This document shows positions 22,620 to 37,100 of a stretch of 64,000 nt of DNA, piece after piece (position 1 is the first letter of the stretch; each line of letters starts with the position of its first letter). The DNA comes from Pristiophorus japonicus (Eukaryota): contig NC_091990.1 in the NCBI RefSeq assembly GCF_044704955.1, positions 177,320,001 to 177,384,000 of the forward strand. Direction: 5' to 3'. The notes beneath the pieces were generated by a model. That model did no database searches. It saw only the letters and a list, made by a program, of their open reading frames with translations, and was not told where the DNA came from. The position numbers and the translations under genes are program-made.

Positions 22620-24420
22620 ATGTATTACAGATTAGCTGAACGGTTGTCTGAGAGCAAGGAAAGGGACTGTGAAGGGTTTCATTGGGTCATACAGATGGAG
22701 GGCATCCTTTGTATTGGATGATCATCTCTTGCCTGGGGGCATGTGTTGCTGGCCAACCCATTCCTTGCTCCCTTCCTGCCCCCCTTCCCTGAACTGAACC
22801 ACACACTTGTGCCTTTATGCTTTCAGATGATGAGCCAGCCTGTCCCTCAGCCTCCCACCGAGAACGACGAGGGAGATGAGCACGAAGGACAGGAGACCCC
22901 AGCTCAGACACAGTCACCTCAGCAAGCTGCCCCCATCAACAAGGGAGACTCAACCGGGGGAGTATTGCAGGGCTCCACCCGAGCGGTCAAGGCATCGGAA
23001 CCGTTGTTTGATCATCCCGATAGTCTGTTCAATGAGGTTCTTGGTTGCGGCATGTGTCTCATTTTATGAGCTTCCTGTGGTCGCACACCGACTGAACATT
23101 CACAGAGTGGTGGCCTTTGCGTTCAGTGCTGCATACTGCACAACCTGGCCATTGAGAGGGCCTACCCAGCGTTGCTACTAGAGAATACAGGTCCAGCTCA
23201 GGAGGTGGAAGAGGAGAAGGAGGAGGATGAGGAGGACGACGACGAGGATGAGGAGCAGCAGCATCTCACTCTGCGACACAGAGAGCACAGATGGTCTTGC
23301 AGGACACCCTCTACCAGCTCTGGGCCTGGAAGGCCCGGCTGCAGACTCAGCCCACTTCTGCAGTGTGATAAGGTGCCTGCAATTCCACGTGAGTGCAGTC
23401 AATGGTGCCCTGAACCATGGGGAAGCCTGCTATCCTTGCAAATGCACAAGTGCATTCCTGCTGCCTCTCTCTGGACATGCTCCATGAGATGTAGTCCTTT
23501 CTCCTGCTGTACAGAGCATCTGTTACATCTCGGATACAGCAATGGACTGCGAACTGTGAAATGTTTGCTCTATTCCCTGCTGTAGCCTGGAGAGAGCCGC
23601 TAGCATAGAAATCAGAGCTACTGTGACCTTGAGTGCCACTGAGAGTGAAGTCCTCCTCCTGCTATCAGGCTCATGGTCTTGATGCAGCAGGTGGCGTGCT
23701 CTGTGACCACCTCTGTGATGGTGTAGCTTTCTAAGGCACCGCTCTACTGACAGGTGAATGCACAAGAACTGTTCTCGGAAAACCCTGGCAGGGTAAGGCA
23801 TCCTGTTGCGATGTCTATGGGCCCTCCCCCTGCCTCTGAGCCCATTTGGCGTGGTCTGTGTCTGCAGCCGCCGCCTTAACAGGTTGCCAAGGTGCATTGC
23901 CGCATGACTGAGGGAAAGCAGCAGGTCCAAAACTTGTGCTCACGAACAAACTATAACACCTGAAACAAAGCAACTCTGTTCACAACCTGAAAGCTTCCAA
24001 AATGATCTCTGGGAAGGTCGCAATCAATTTACCCTCCCAGTGACCCGGTTGCTCATTGACTTATATATCGCCATGGTAGCACCAATACCATTTGTGAGCG
24101 CTTGGTTTTGCTGGTGAGATTAGCGCCGATCGGTAAATGCAGCAAAACAATCAATATTGTGATTGGTGCACTAGCGGGGCGTTGCACGCTCATTGACGTC
24201 ACGGTCTCATTGTCACAGCGTTCCCGGGCGCCAAGTGTTTGCGCCGCCACTAAAACCCTATTCAAGTTGGCGAGCAACGCTAATATCACTGCCCCCGGGC
24301 GCTAGTCCTTTAGCGCCCCATTAGTGCCCTTCGCCATCACTAACAGGTGGCACTAATCTATTCAATTTCTCGCCCAAGGTCTCTGCTCCCCTGGGTTAGG
24401 AAGCAGAAAATCAGCCAGGC
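22620..24420. mobile_element. Decayed PIF/Harbinger remnant with transposase pieces in both orientations
   Basis: Plus strand CCILHNLAIER with an acidic tail (about 23125-23270). Minus strand ARIAGFPMVQGTIDCTHV and YPARVFRE (23380-23800). Confidence 0.65.
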
Positions 24421-24556
24421 TTCCCACTCCTGATTACTATTCAGTGATCCCGACCAGAGATATATGTATGTAAACATTAGGTGAGGGAGGACCAGGCTCT
24501 TTGGAAACAATTCAAGAGGAGCCGAGAGGAGGGGAAATAATGTCACGAAAGAAAAG

Positions 24557-27500
24557 TCATAGAAACATCGAAAATAGGTACAGGAGTGGGCCATTCGGCC
24601 CTTCGAGCCTGCACCCCCATTCAATAAGATCATGGCTGATCATTCCCTCAGTGCCCCTTTCCTGCTTTCTCTCCATACCCCTTGAATCCCTTACCCGTAA
24701 GGGCCATATCTAACTCCCTCTTGAATATATCCAATGAACTGGCATCAACAACTCTCTGTGGCAGGGAATTCCACAGGTTAACAACTCGGAGTGAAGAAGT
24801 TTCTCCTCATCTTAGTTCTAAATGGCCTACTCCTTATCCTAAGACTGTGTCCCCTGGTTCTGGACTTCCCAACATCGGGAACAATCTACTGCATCTAACC
24901 TGTCCCATCCCGTCAGAATCTTGTATGTTTCTATGAGATCCCCTCTCATCCTTCTAAACTCCAATGTATAAAGGCCCAGTTGATCCAGTCTCTCCTCATA
25001 TGTCAGTCCGGCCATCCCGGGAATCAGTCTGATGAACCTTCGCTGCACTCCCTCAATAGCAAGAACGTCATTCCTCAGATTAGGAAATCAAAATTGAACA
25101 CAATATTCCAGGTGAGACCTCCCCAAGGCCCTGTACAACTGCAGTAAGGCCTCCCTGCTCCGTACTCAAATCCCCTAGCTATGAAGGCCAACATACCATT
25201 TGCTTTCTTTATCGTCTGCTGCACCTGTATGCCAACTTTCAATGACTGATAAACCATGACACCCAGGTCTCGTTGCACCTCCCCTTTTCCTAATCTGCCA
25301 CCATTCAGATAATATTCTGTCTTCGCATTTTTGCACCCAAAGTGGATAACCTCACATTTATCCACATTATACTGCATCTGCCATGCATTTGCCCATTGAT
25401 CTAACCTGTCTAATTCACCCTGCAGGCTCTTAGCGTCCCCCTCACAGCTCACACTGCCACCCAGTTTAGTGTCATCTGCAAACTTGGAGATATGACACTC
25501 GATTCCCTCATCCAAATCATTGATGTATATTGTAAAGAGCTGGGGTCCCAGCACTGAGCCCTGCGGCACTCCACTAGTCACTGCCTGCCATTCTGAAAAG
25601 GACCCATTTATCCCGACTGCTTCCTGTCTGCCAACCAGTTCTCTATCCATATCAGTATATTACCCCCAATACCATATGCTTTGATTTTGCACAACAATCT
25701 CTTGTGTAGGACCTTGTCAATAGCCTTTTGAAAGTCCAAATACACCACATCCACTGGTTTCCCCTTGTCCACTCTACTAGTTACATCCTCACAAAATTCC
25801 AGAAGATTTGTCAAGCATGATTTCTCCTTCATAAATCCATGCTGACTTGGACCAATCCTGTCACTGCTTTCGAAATGCGCTGCTATTTCATCCTTAATAA
25901 TTGATTCCAACATTTTCCCCACCACTGATGTCAGGCTAACCAGTCTATAATTACCCGTTTTCTCTCTCCCTCCCTTTTTAAAAAGTGGTGTTACATTAGC
26001 TACTCTCCAGTCTTTCAGAACTGATCCTGAGTTGATAGACTGTTGGAAAATGATCACCAATACATACACTATTTCTAGGGCCACTTCCTTAAGTACTCTG
26101 GGATACAGACTATCAGGCCCTAGGGATTTATTGTCCTTCAATCCCATCAATTTCCCCAACACAATTTCCCGCCTAATAAGGATATCCTTCAGTTCCTCCT
26201 TCTCACTAGACACTTGGTCCCCTAGTACTTTCGGAAGGTTATTTGTGTCTTCCTTCGTGAAGACAGAACTGAAGTATTTGTTCAATTGGTCTGCCATTTC
26301 TTTGTTCCCCGTTATAAATTCACCTGAATCCAACTGCAAAGGACCTACGTTTGTCTTTACTAATCTTTTTCTCTTCACATATCTATAGAAGCTTTTGCAG
26401 TCAGTTTTTATGTTCCCAGCAAACTTCTTCTTGTACTCTATTTTCCCCCTCTTAATTAAACCCTTTGTCCTCCTCTGCTGAATTCTAAATTTCTCCCAGT
26501 CCTCAGGTTTGCTGTTTTTTCTGGCCAATTTATATGCCTCTTCGTTGGATTTAACACTATCTTTAATTTCCCTTGTTAGCCACAGTTGAGCCACCTTCCC
26601 CGTTTTATTTTTACTCCAGACAGGGATGTACAATTGTTGAAGTTCATCCATGTCATCTTTAAATATTTGCCATTGCCTATCCACCATCAAGCCTTTAAAT
26701 ATCATTTGCCAGTCTATTCTAGCCAATTCATGCCTCAAATCATCAAAGTTACCTTTCCTTAAGTTCAGGACCCTAGTTTCTGAATTAACTGTGTCACTCT
26801 CCATCCTAATAAAGAATTCTATCATATTATGGTCACTCTTCCCCAATGGGTCTCACACAAGATTGCTAATTAGTCCTTTCTCATTACACATCACCCAGTC
26901 TAGGATGGCCAGCACCCTGGTTGCTTCCTCGACATATTGGTCTAGAAAACCATCCCGAATACACTCAAGGAAATCCTCCTCCATCGCATTGCTACCAGTT
27001 TGGTCAGCCCAATCAATATGTAGATTAAAGTCACCCATGATAACTGCTGTACCTTTATTGCATGCATCCCTCATTTCTTGTTTGATGCTGTCCCCAACCT
27101 TACTACTACTGTTTGGTGGTCTGTACACAACTCCCACTGGCGTTATCTGCTCCTTGGTATTCCGCAGATCCACCCATATTGATTCCACATCATCCAAGCT
27201 AATGTCCTTTCTTACTATTGCATTAATTTCCTCTTTAACCAGCAATGCTATCCCGCCTCCTTTTCCTTTCTGTCTATCCTTCCTAAATGTTGAATATCCC
27301 TGGATGTTGAGTTCCCAGCCTTGGTCACCCTGGGGCTATGTCTCCGTGATGCCAATTACATCATACCCGTTAACTGCTATCTGCGCTGTTAATTCATCCA
27401 CCTTATTCTGAATACTCCTCACATTGAGGCACAGAGTCTTCAGGCTTGTCTTTCTAACACACTTTGCCCGTTTAGAATTTTGCTGTAATATTGCCCTTTT

Positions 27501-29010
27501 TGCCTCAAGTTTCTCTGCCCTCCACTTTTACTTTTCTTCTTTCTATCTTTTGCTTCTGCCCCCATTCTACTTCCCTCTGTCTCCCTGCCGTATTAGTTTA
27601 ACTCCTCCCCAACAGCAAACATTTCCCCCTAGGACATTGGTTCTGGTCCTGCCCAGGTGCAGACCGTGCGGTTTGTACTGGTCCCACCTCCCCCAGAACC
27701 GGTTCCAATGTCCCAGGAATTTGAATCCCTCCCTGCTGCACCACTCCTCAAGCCACGTATTCATCTTAGCTATCCTGCTATTTGTACTCTGACAAGCACG
27801 TGGCACTGGTAGCAATCCTGAGATTACTACCTTTGAGGTCCTACTTTTTAATTTAACTGCAAGCTCCCTAATTCGTCTTGTAGGACCTCATCCCTTTTTT
27901 TAACCTATATCGTTGGTACCTATATGCACCACAACAACTGGCTATTCACCCTCCCTTTTCAGAATGCCCTGCACCCGCTCCGAGACATCCTTGACCCTTG
28001 CACCAGGGAGGCAACATACCATCCTGGAGTCTCGGTGCGGCCGCAGAAACGCCTATCTATTCCCCTTACAATCGAATCCCCCATCACTATAGCTCTCCCA
28101 CTCTTTTTCCTGCCCTCCTCTGCAGCAAAGCCACCCACGGTGCCATGAACTTGGCTGCTGCTGCCCTCCCCTGGTGAGTCATCCCCCTCAACAGTACCAA
28201 AAACGGTGTATCTGTTTTGCAGGGGGATGACCGCAGAGGACCCCTGCACTACTTTTCTTGCACTGCTCTTCCTGTTGGTCATCCATTCCCTATCTGGCTG
28301 TGTACCCTTTACCTGCGGTAAGACCAACTCACTAAATGTGCTATTCACGTCATTCTCAGCATCGTGCATGGTCCAGAGTGAATCCACCCACAGCTCCAGT
28401 GCTGCAATGCGGTCCGCCAGGAGTTGGAGGTGGATACACTTCCCGCACACATAGTCGTCAGGGACACCGGAAGCATCCCTGAATTCCCACATAGTGCAGC
28501 AGGAGCACGTGTCTGAGTTCTCCTGCCATGACTTAACCCCTAGATAAACTTAATTTGGTAACAAGGATAAAAGGTTACTTACTGATATAGAAAAGAAAAA
28601 GAAAAACTACTTACCAATCACTTACCCCCTTGGCTGTGACATCACCTTTCGATTTCTTTCTACCTCTTTTTGTCTCCCTGCTGCTGCTGCACCAGCTGGC
28701 CTCTCCGACTCCCCAGACTCCGAGTGTAGGCCTTTTATAGGCCTCCGCCGATGCTGCTCCCTGGACTCCCGCCTCTCCGACTCCCCAGACTCCGAGTGTA
28801 GGCCTTTTACAGGCCTCCGCCGATGCTGCTCCCTGGACTCCCGCCTCTCCGACTCCCTGGACTCCGAGTGTCGGCCTTTTATAGGCCTCCGCCGACGCTG
28901 CTCCCTGGACTCCCGCCTCTCCGACTCCCCAGACTCCGAGTGTAGGCCTTTTATAGGCCTCTGCCAACGCTGCTCCCTGGACTCCCGCCTCTCCGACTCC
29001 CCGGACTCCT
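24557..29010 (-). mobile_element. Near full-length CR1 LINE (decayed ORF1 and ORF2)
   Basis: 3' tail, RT and endonuclease ORFs (24839-27400), ORF1 with CxxC and VMGDSIVRG esterase-like motif (27567-28530), tandem-repeat 5'UTR. Confidence 0.92.
28700..29007 (-). repeat. 72-bp tandem monomers (about 4.3 copies) in the CR1 5'UTR, each with a TATA-like box
   Basis: The period is 24 codons in the overlapping ORFs. Each unit has GGCCTATAAAAGGCC on the minus strand (one unit is TGTAAAA). Confidence 0.9.
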
Positions 29011-30061
29011 CAAGTGTAGTCAGATTACATTGCACGGATATAGAATGGAATTAACTCAGAATAGAATGGCTCCCTCTTCATAGGGACAGAACTACACTCT
29101 CACCACAGGTGTAATTTTATATGAAAGATTTGTTTCCTTGCAGCATCTAATTACCAATTTTTAGGTATGTTTTTATTGTCAGTTGAAATTGTCAGTTTTA
29201 GCTATTGGATTCAAATATAACAATGTATTTATTAAAGTTTTTAATGAACCAGAACTTTCTTCAGTTCAACACTGGCAAGATCAAAGGCATCCTGTTTAGT
29301 TTCTGACTGAAATTTCAGGCCTCAGGTATTGTTTCTATTTCACTATCCGGCTGCTGCTCCGACTAGACTCCTGTCTCCCAGCAAATCAGTTTCCTAATCC
29401 TTATCCTCATCCTCAGATATCTCCATGGTGTCATTTCTCATTATTGCTACAATCTTCTCCAGCCCTATATTTCAGCACGTAACTTTGGATCTTCTAATTC
29501 TCATCCACTGGGCATCTCTGCCTTCCTCATTCCCCCCTCCCCATCTGTGGCAGAGATTTTTGCCACCACAGCGCTGTGCTCTAGAACTCTCTCCCTGAAA
29601 CACTGTGACCCTTTTCATCTCCTTCAAAATCCTTCTCTGCTACTGTGGCTTAGGTCTCTTCTCCTTGATTGCCTCCTAACACAGCTCTACCTGTAATGTG
29701 CCTTGGCATGTTTTAGAACATAAAATAAGTTATACAAATGTATTTTTTTATTGTTAAAGTCCTGTTTTTTCACTCTCCACTTTTCCCCCTGGTGATTTGC
29801 TCCTCTCGTTCACTGAAGACATTGACTCCTTGGTGGGACATGACTTTATGGGTGCTGGCCTCCTCCGGCAACTCCCCAGATGGTATTTATTTTGGAATTA
29901 GCATTGTTGTGAATGTTAGCAGGCTATTTGACAGTAATGGGTATTTCCTCACTTTACACACACTTCCTGAAGCGGTTTCTGCATTGTAATCAGGACCAGA
30001 AACCCAGACCAACTTTCCCCTCTTTAACTCAGAATTACTGAGGCCAAATCAACAGCCCTAT

Positions 30062-31880
30062 TATAGGAACATAGGAACAGGAGTCAGCCACTTAGCCCCT
30101 TGGCTGTTCCGCCATTCAATGAGCTTGTGGCTGATCTGCAACCTAACTCCATATACCTGCCTTTGCCGCATATTCCTTAATACCTGTGGTTAATAAAAAA
30201 AAAAATCAATCTCAAAATTAAAATTAACAATTGACCTAGCATCAAATGTTGTTTGCACAAGAGAGTTCCAGACGTCTACCATGTGTAAGAGTGTTTCCTA
30301 ACTTCACTTCTGAAAAGCCTGGCTCTAATTTTTTGACAATGCCCCCTAGTCCTGGACTTCCCCAACCAGCGGAATTAGTTTCTCTCAATCTACCCGATCA
30401 GTTCCCCTCAATATCTTGAAAACTTTGATCGTCACCCCTTAACCTTCTAAATTCCAGGGAATACAACCCTAGTTTGTGTAATCTCTCCTTGTAATTTAAC
30501 CCTTGGAGCGTAGGTATCATTCTGATAAATCTATGCTACATTCCCTCCAAGGCCATATATCCTTCCTAAGGTTTGCTGCCCAGAACTGAACACAATACTC
30601 CAGGTGTGGTCCAACCAGGGCTATGTACAGCTGTAGCATTACTTCTACCCCTTGTATTCTAGTCCTCGAGATGTAAAGCAGAGCATTCCATTCGCCTTTT
30701 TGATTATTTTCTGTACTTGTCCATGACATTTTAATGATCTTTGTACACGGATCCCTAAGTTTCTTTGAACCCCTACTGCTTCAAGCTTTTCACCATTTAT
30801 AAAGTTCTCTGATCTATCCTTTAAAGGTTCAAAGTGGCTGGCCAGACACTTGCCGACATTGAAATCCATTTGCCATATTTTTGCCCATTCACTTAATCTC
30901 TTAATATCTCTTTTATACTTCCATCTACATTGCTTACTATGCCACCTTGCAAACTTCGTTATGTGGCTCTCTATTCCATCATCTAACTCATTAATAAATA
31001 CGGTGAATAGTTGAGGCCACAAAACAGGTTCCTGCCAATTAGAGTACGTGACCATTATCCTCACTCTCTGTATCCTGCCGCTCAGCCTATTTGCTAACCA
31101 GGTTAATAATTTTCCTTTAATTCAGTGAGTTAACAGTCTCTTTTGAGGGACTTTATTGAATGCCTTCTCGAAGTCCATATAAATAATATCCATAGACTTT
31201 CCCCGGTCCACTACTTTAGTCACCCCTTCAAAAAATTCAATCAGGTTCATCAGGCATGACCTTTACAAATCTCTGCTGGCTCTCTCTGATCATCTGAAAA
31301 TGTTCAAGATGTTCAGTCACTCGATCCTTAATTATAGACTCTAGTAATTTCCTGACAACAGATGTTAGGCTAACTGGTCTATAAGTCTCTGGTTTGCCTT
31401 ACTCACCTTCCTTAAATAGATGAGCAATGTGTGCAACTTTCCAATCTAAAGGGACGGTTACTGAATTGAGAGAACTTTGAAAGATTACAGTTAGGGCACC
31501 TGTAATGTTCTCACCTACTTCCAGTTAAACCCTGGGATGAAAACCATCTGGTCCTGGGGAATTGTCGCTCTTAAATGCCATTATTTTCTTCATTACTGTT
31601 ATTTTGTTTATGTTAATTTTGATGAGTTCCTGTCCTTTATTCAATATTAGTTTCCAGGATGTCTGGCATGCTATCCTCTTTCTCTACTGTATATACTGAT
31701 AAAGTAATTCTTCAACAAATCCGCTATTTCCTTATTTTCATTTACAATAACCGTTATTACTTTTCCAGTGGCCCACATTGCACCTGACCATCCTCTTTTT
31801 CCCAATATAATTTTTTGTGTTGATTTTGATATCCCTTGCAAGTTTCTTTTCATACTCCCTTTTTGTAGCTCTTACTATTG
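30062..31880 (-). mobile_element. Old, decayed CR1 LINE shared in part with unit A
   Basis: CR1 tail and degenerate ORF2 ([18 protein letters not shown]). Homologous to 57510-58320. Confidence 0.8.
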
Positions 31881-32114
31881 CTGCCCCAACCGAGGTCAGT
31901 TAACTTTGTAAAGACTGCATTCTTCATGATGTCTATGGCTCAGTCACTGACTGTTAAGCTCATTGAGTCATCAGGGGAGCCAGAAGCTCTGCAACACAAT
32001 GTTGCCTTTTATAGATAGCAAACACATATTATTGCTTATAGCAGCAAATCCTCTCTACTGTGAACTTAACACCAAGTTATACAACATATCAGTAAATGAT
32101 TTTGTCTCTCTTAC

Positions 32115-32453
32115 CTGATACTTGCATTACTGAACTCTTTTCTTCTTTATGGGGAGTAACAAAAACAATGCAGGTGTATTTTCCTTCTTCGCTAAGTTGT
32201 ACATTTGGAAGGTAAAGTGAAGCATTCCCTTTCCGTAAAGCGTCGGCAAAAATCTTTGCTCCTTATCTCCTTGGGAGATGATACCCTCCATTAAATAAAT
32301 ACACTTCTGTCTGGTTTGTTTGTGATTCAAAAAACCATCGAACAATTACATTTGTGAGGTCAAGTTGTGGTTTACTGTATTTGCAGTTTAGAAGAGCATT
32401 TTTATTTACTAAAACTTCCAGCGGAGAGGGAAATAGCTCCAATTCTAAAGTGT
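32115..32453 (-). pseudogene. IgV exon (copy B) with a premature stop
   Basis: 339 nt paralog of 58549-58887 with both splice sites intact. Codon AAA (Lys, copy A) is TAA at 32263-32265, and the rest of the frame is open. Confidence 0.85.
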
Positions 32454-33729
32454 CTTTAAAATAATTTAGACATTAATATGCATAAAAGTACCTTAATATC
32501 ACAAATAGATGGAAACATTTAGCTGTTATTCATACACCAAAGAAAAATTGGAAACTGATTGCTACAAACCATCCATTCTGTAACAAGTTCCCTTAAATCA
32601 TTGCCCATATTTCTAGTAAAACTTTTATTATTATAAGGTGAAAGGTTTTCTGTCTTGGGAATATCAGTTTTATTGGTTCTGAATCTTTTCATAAAATAAA
32701 GTATGTAAAATATTTTTGGTTCTAATTTTCTCGTACTGCCCTATCATGGTCCCAGTCCTATATTTCCCCAGGCAGAACATGGTACTACCACAGTTCAAAA
32801 ATGTCTTCAGGAAATGTCAATTAAGGTTCACACTGACTACAGTTATACCATTGCCAAAGCAAACCAAAAATGTGATTGCGGCATTCCAATCTAATTTTTA
32901 TCAATACTGCTACAAACTAATATATTTGCACTGTCCTGTTGGCAGCAACATTTCTGATCTTCTCAAGAAAACACGACATGCATCAGTTATTGTTGTCAGC
33001 ATCACAACTTTGGTCAAGTGAAAATTTATCAATTCCAATTTGTAAATAACTTTCCGGATTGTCACATCTTTTTAGTCAGTATTCTATTATATCAGCTGAC
33101 AAATGACAGTAAAGTACAACTACTTGTGATGATAAATTATTTTTATTATGTTCAAAGCCTTCAAAACAATAATGACCAAAAATTCTGAAAGAGTTTAATT
33201 TGAAAATACCATATGGCCTCTGCCTACAGCTGGCAAAATAAACTGTCTGGATGGTCATTCTAAAGAGTCAACAACTGCACAATATCTCCCCAGAGTAAGA
33301 GATAGGCAGACACAAGTTGGGTGACTGGAGCACACCCCTCTATTCACTACTAGAATAGCAATCCAGCCCAAAGATGCCGTCGTGCAAAATAATGTAAACT
33401 AATTTGTATTGAGCACCCAATCAGTGAAGTTCCTAAACAAACAATGAATGCACTCATACTACATTATGCAAGTCCATTTAAAAAGTAATATACACAGGAA
33501 TGTAGTGTGAGCATGGTAAGCCTTAATACTTGAACATTGGTGAATAGAAGTATCGATATTTACATCTATAAGTACATGTAAGAAAACTACCACAACTGCA
33601 CCACTGTATAAATCTGTGTGAAGTATTTTTTTAAATTAAAGCTAAAACATGGGCCTGGAATTTGCAGTCGGAGACGTACGCCTTTACATCGACATCAGGA
33701 GCACAAAATCCGGGCCATGAATTTCAAAA

Positions 33730-34060
33730 AAAATTCTGCTGAGCCAAAAGGAGATATTAGGACAGGTGAACAAAAGTTTGGTCAAAAAGGAGGTTACTAA
33801 GGAGAGTATTTAAGAAGGAATGGGAGGTGGCGAGGCAGAGAAGTTTAGGTAGGGCATTCCAGAGCCTGGGGTCCAAACGGTTAAAGGCACAGCCACCAAT
33901 GGTGGAGCGAAGGAAGTGGAACGCTATACAATGGGCCAGCATCAATAGAGCAGAGAGTTTTGTGGGGGTGGGGGGAGGGGGGTGGTGAGCTGGGGGTGTT
34001 GTATGGCTGTAGCAAGGGAAAGGTCATGAAGGGATTGGAACAAGAGAATGAGCATTTTAG
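33730..34060 (-). mobile_element. L2/CR1-superfamily 3' remnant (paralog at about 62030-62370)
   Basis: RSTIGGCAFNRLDPRLWNALPK..L..FL..LL...LFDQTF, typical of the L2 ORF2 C-terminus. Confidence 0.6.
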
Positions 34061-34166
34061 ATTGGATGTTCTTTCAATTTAGTATACTATATTCGCTGCT
34101 CATGATATGGCTCATCTACATTGGGGAGACCAAAGCAGATTGATCTGATCTCTCCATTCTCGGCCT

Positions 34167-37100
34167 TATTATGTCTGTAATGTACTTATGAATGACTCCA
34201 CGAGGCAATGTGTTGTACTCAAACTGTAGTGACCTTGGTCCTTTATTCCAAACTCCAGAGTGAGGCAGCCACATGGTGGCTCCCCTTTTATACAGCCCCT
34301 GCCACCAGGGCAGGAAACCCCGGTTTCCACCAGTTGCACCCTCTAGTGGTGCCAGCATGTATATATACAGTGTAAGCCTTATTGATAGTACATCAGGTAA
34401 ACAAGTCTCCATTTTATGCAACTATATAGTGACTACACAGAGAGTATATCTATAGTCTGCATATATAACATCACTCTTCCCCAAGTCCTTTGTGCCAATT
34501 ACCTTTGCACTATGTGCTCTGGCTTAGCTCTCCCCAGAATTAAATGACAATAGCCCTTGCACTTTGGCTGCGTTTTGGCTTGGCTCTCTCCCTGTTAACC
34601 CTCAAGTCCTTTTGCCACTATGTTGGGTTGTGGTTACCAGTTTGTATGGTTCGATGATGCATTGCAAGTTCCAGTGGGTTCTGGGTGTGATCCATGTGTG
34701 TGTCCATGGCAAAATACATCCATTTCCACCACCCCCCCACACACAGCGAGATCATGCATTGTCTAAGGATAAGGGGTAAGCCATTTAGGACTGAGATGAG
34801 GAGAAACTTCTTCACCCAGAGAGTGGTGAACCTGTGGAATTCTCTACCACAGAAAGTTGTTGAGGCCAATTCACTAAATATATTCAAAAAGGAGTTAGAT
34901 ATAGTCCTTACTACTAGGGGAATCAAGGGGTATGGCGAGAAAGCAGGAATGGGGTACTGAGGTTGCATGTTCAGCCATGAACTCATTGAATGGCGGTGCA
35001 GGCTCGAAGGGCCGAATGGCCTACTCCTGCACTTATTTTCTATGTTTTTATGTTTCTATGCAGCTGGCCCATTACATTAACATACAGGATCAGACACAGT
35101 GCCAGTACAAAGAAAGGAAGAAAAAAAAAAACATTTCAGTTTGTATCATGACACCGTGGTTCACTGACTTGCATTCGTTATGTTTTACGGTCGTGCGCCA
35201 GGATTGAGTAGATTGCATTCATGGTTTAGTCATGGTCAGTACTGAGGTAGCAGTACAGGTATGCGAGGATGCTAGTTCCAGAGCAACCGGACGGGGTCCT
35301 AGTCTTCTGATGGTGGCGCTGCACCTGCTGCTAGTGGGGTGGGCTTGGTTCACTCACCTTGCTAGGACTCAGGGCCTTTGCCATTGCCTATTGGTGGGCA
35401 GAGCTACAGATGTGTGTGGCCTCCCTGTCCTCCTTTGAGGGCTGCAAAATCTTCTGCCTGCTCTGTAACGGTGTTAGAAACCTGGCTGTTCCAGGTCCCT
35501 TTTGTGGAACTTGTTGGCTCTGACCTTTCGCTCCTGGACATGGCTGAGGTAGCGACTGGGTCTGGGGGCTGCGCCGTCTCCACCCGGGGGGGTGGGCAAC
35601 GGCGGCCGACTGCGCGTATTGGCGCTGTTTTCATTTCCAGATTGGTGGCGAATAGTGCCATTGGGTGCCTGCAGCTTGGGATAGACCTGGAGCAGGGTAT
35701 CAGTATCAGCGCCTTTACCCTCCCGAATTCACTCGCTTGCTACTTTTGGGGACACTGTATTCCCGATATCGCACAACGTTTTGTTCTTTACATTCTTAAA
35801 TCAGTTGGTTACATTGATTGCCATGCATACAATGTCTCTAAGTTCAGTTGGTTGCAGGTCTCCTTTAAGAGAACCCTGCCACACCACACTGCACCTCGCT
35901 GCAGCAGGGACGCCATCTTGCCTCTGTCCTCGAGGTCGACTGCCTTGATCCTTCTGTCCCGCGATTCTGCACAAAAACTGGAAGAATGCCTGTGAATTCG
36001 ATCTTCCTCCCCAGGAGACCTGCCACTGGAGCCGGGAAGATACTTTTAGGTCGTTCCTGTTGGATCATTACCACGCAGTCGTGATGGACGGTCTGTGCCT
36101 CAGGTGCTGCGCTGGTCTGTTCTCTGGTGCCTGGCCCAAGTGTAGGTGAAGTTTTGCTCTGAGCATGGGGGACATCGATTGCTGGACTGAAGAGGTCTTC
36201 CCATTTCCACTGGATCTTCCCCATCCACCTTCTTCCGAGTAGCATTGGACCATCACCTGCAACAATCCACAGAGGTAACTTATGCACCATGCCATTATGG
36301 ATTACACTTACATCCGCACTACCAAGGACTGGGATCAGCTCCTTGGTGTAGGTGTGCAACTTTTCCTGTATTGGAACCAGCTCGGGTCGTTTTGTGTTCC
36401 ATAGCCGCTCAAAGGCATCCTGGCTCATCACTGACTGGCTCGCTCCCATGTCCACTTCCATGAAGACTGGAACGCTGTTTATCTCGACTTCCATCTTCAC
36501 TGGAGGGCAATCAGTGGTGCAGGTATACACTCCATACACTTCATCTTGGGGCTGAGCTGCATCTCTGGCCAAATCATCATACACCCCGCTGGATTCAAAG
36601 TCATCTGCCGACACCTCTGCTGGATGGTGAGTAGTATTTATTTTACACATATGCTGGAGATGGCCCTTCATGTTACAGGCTTTGCATACATACTCAGCAA
36701 ACCGACACTGGTGAGCCCTATGGTTTCCTCTGCATGCTGCTACTCGATTAGCACCCCTCGGCAGATTTTGAGTTCTGGAACCCTGAAGTCTGTGCTCTCT
36801 GTCCTGGGCAGAGCCACATTCTACAGTCTTGCCTGTAAAAGGCACCATTCTGTGTACCGTACTTGCCGGGTTTGTGTCCACAGGATGAATAATTTGCTTG
36901 GTGCTGCAGGTCAAGGTCAAGAACGCCTGACTGATGCTGATGGCCTTCTGCAGGTTGACTGTGGTGGCGGCAGATAATAGCTTGCGAATGAGGCTCTCTT
37001 GGCCAATTCCTATAATGAAGATGTCTCGCAATGCTTCGTTGAGGTGCGTGCCAAAATCACATGCTGCCGCAATCTCCTGAGGTCAGCAGCATATTTTGCA

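Noticed and set aside
23172-23585. Acidic poly-E/D ORF as a host gene
   Set aside because: It is the acidic tail that follows LHN in a decayed Harbinger transposase.
28611-29035. 24-aa repeat proteins (AEAYKRPTLGV..., ESGESERRES...)
   Set aside because: Translations of the 72-bp CR1 5'UTR monomers, with no evidence of coding.
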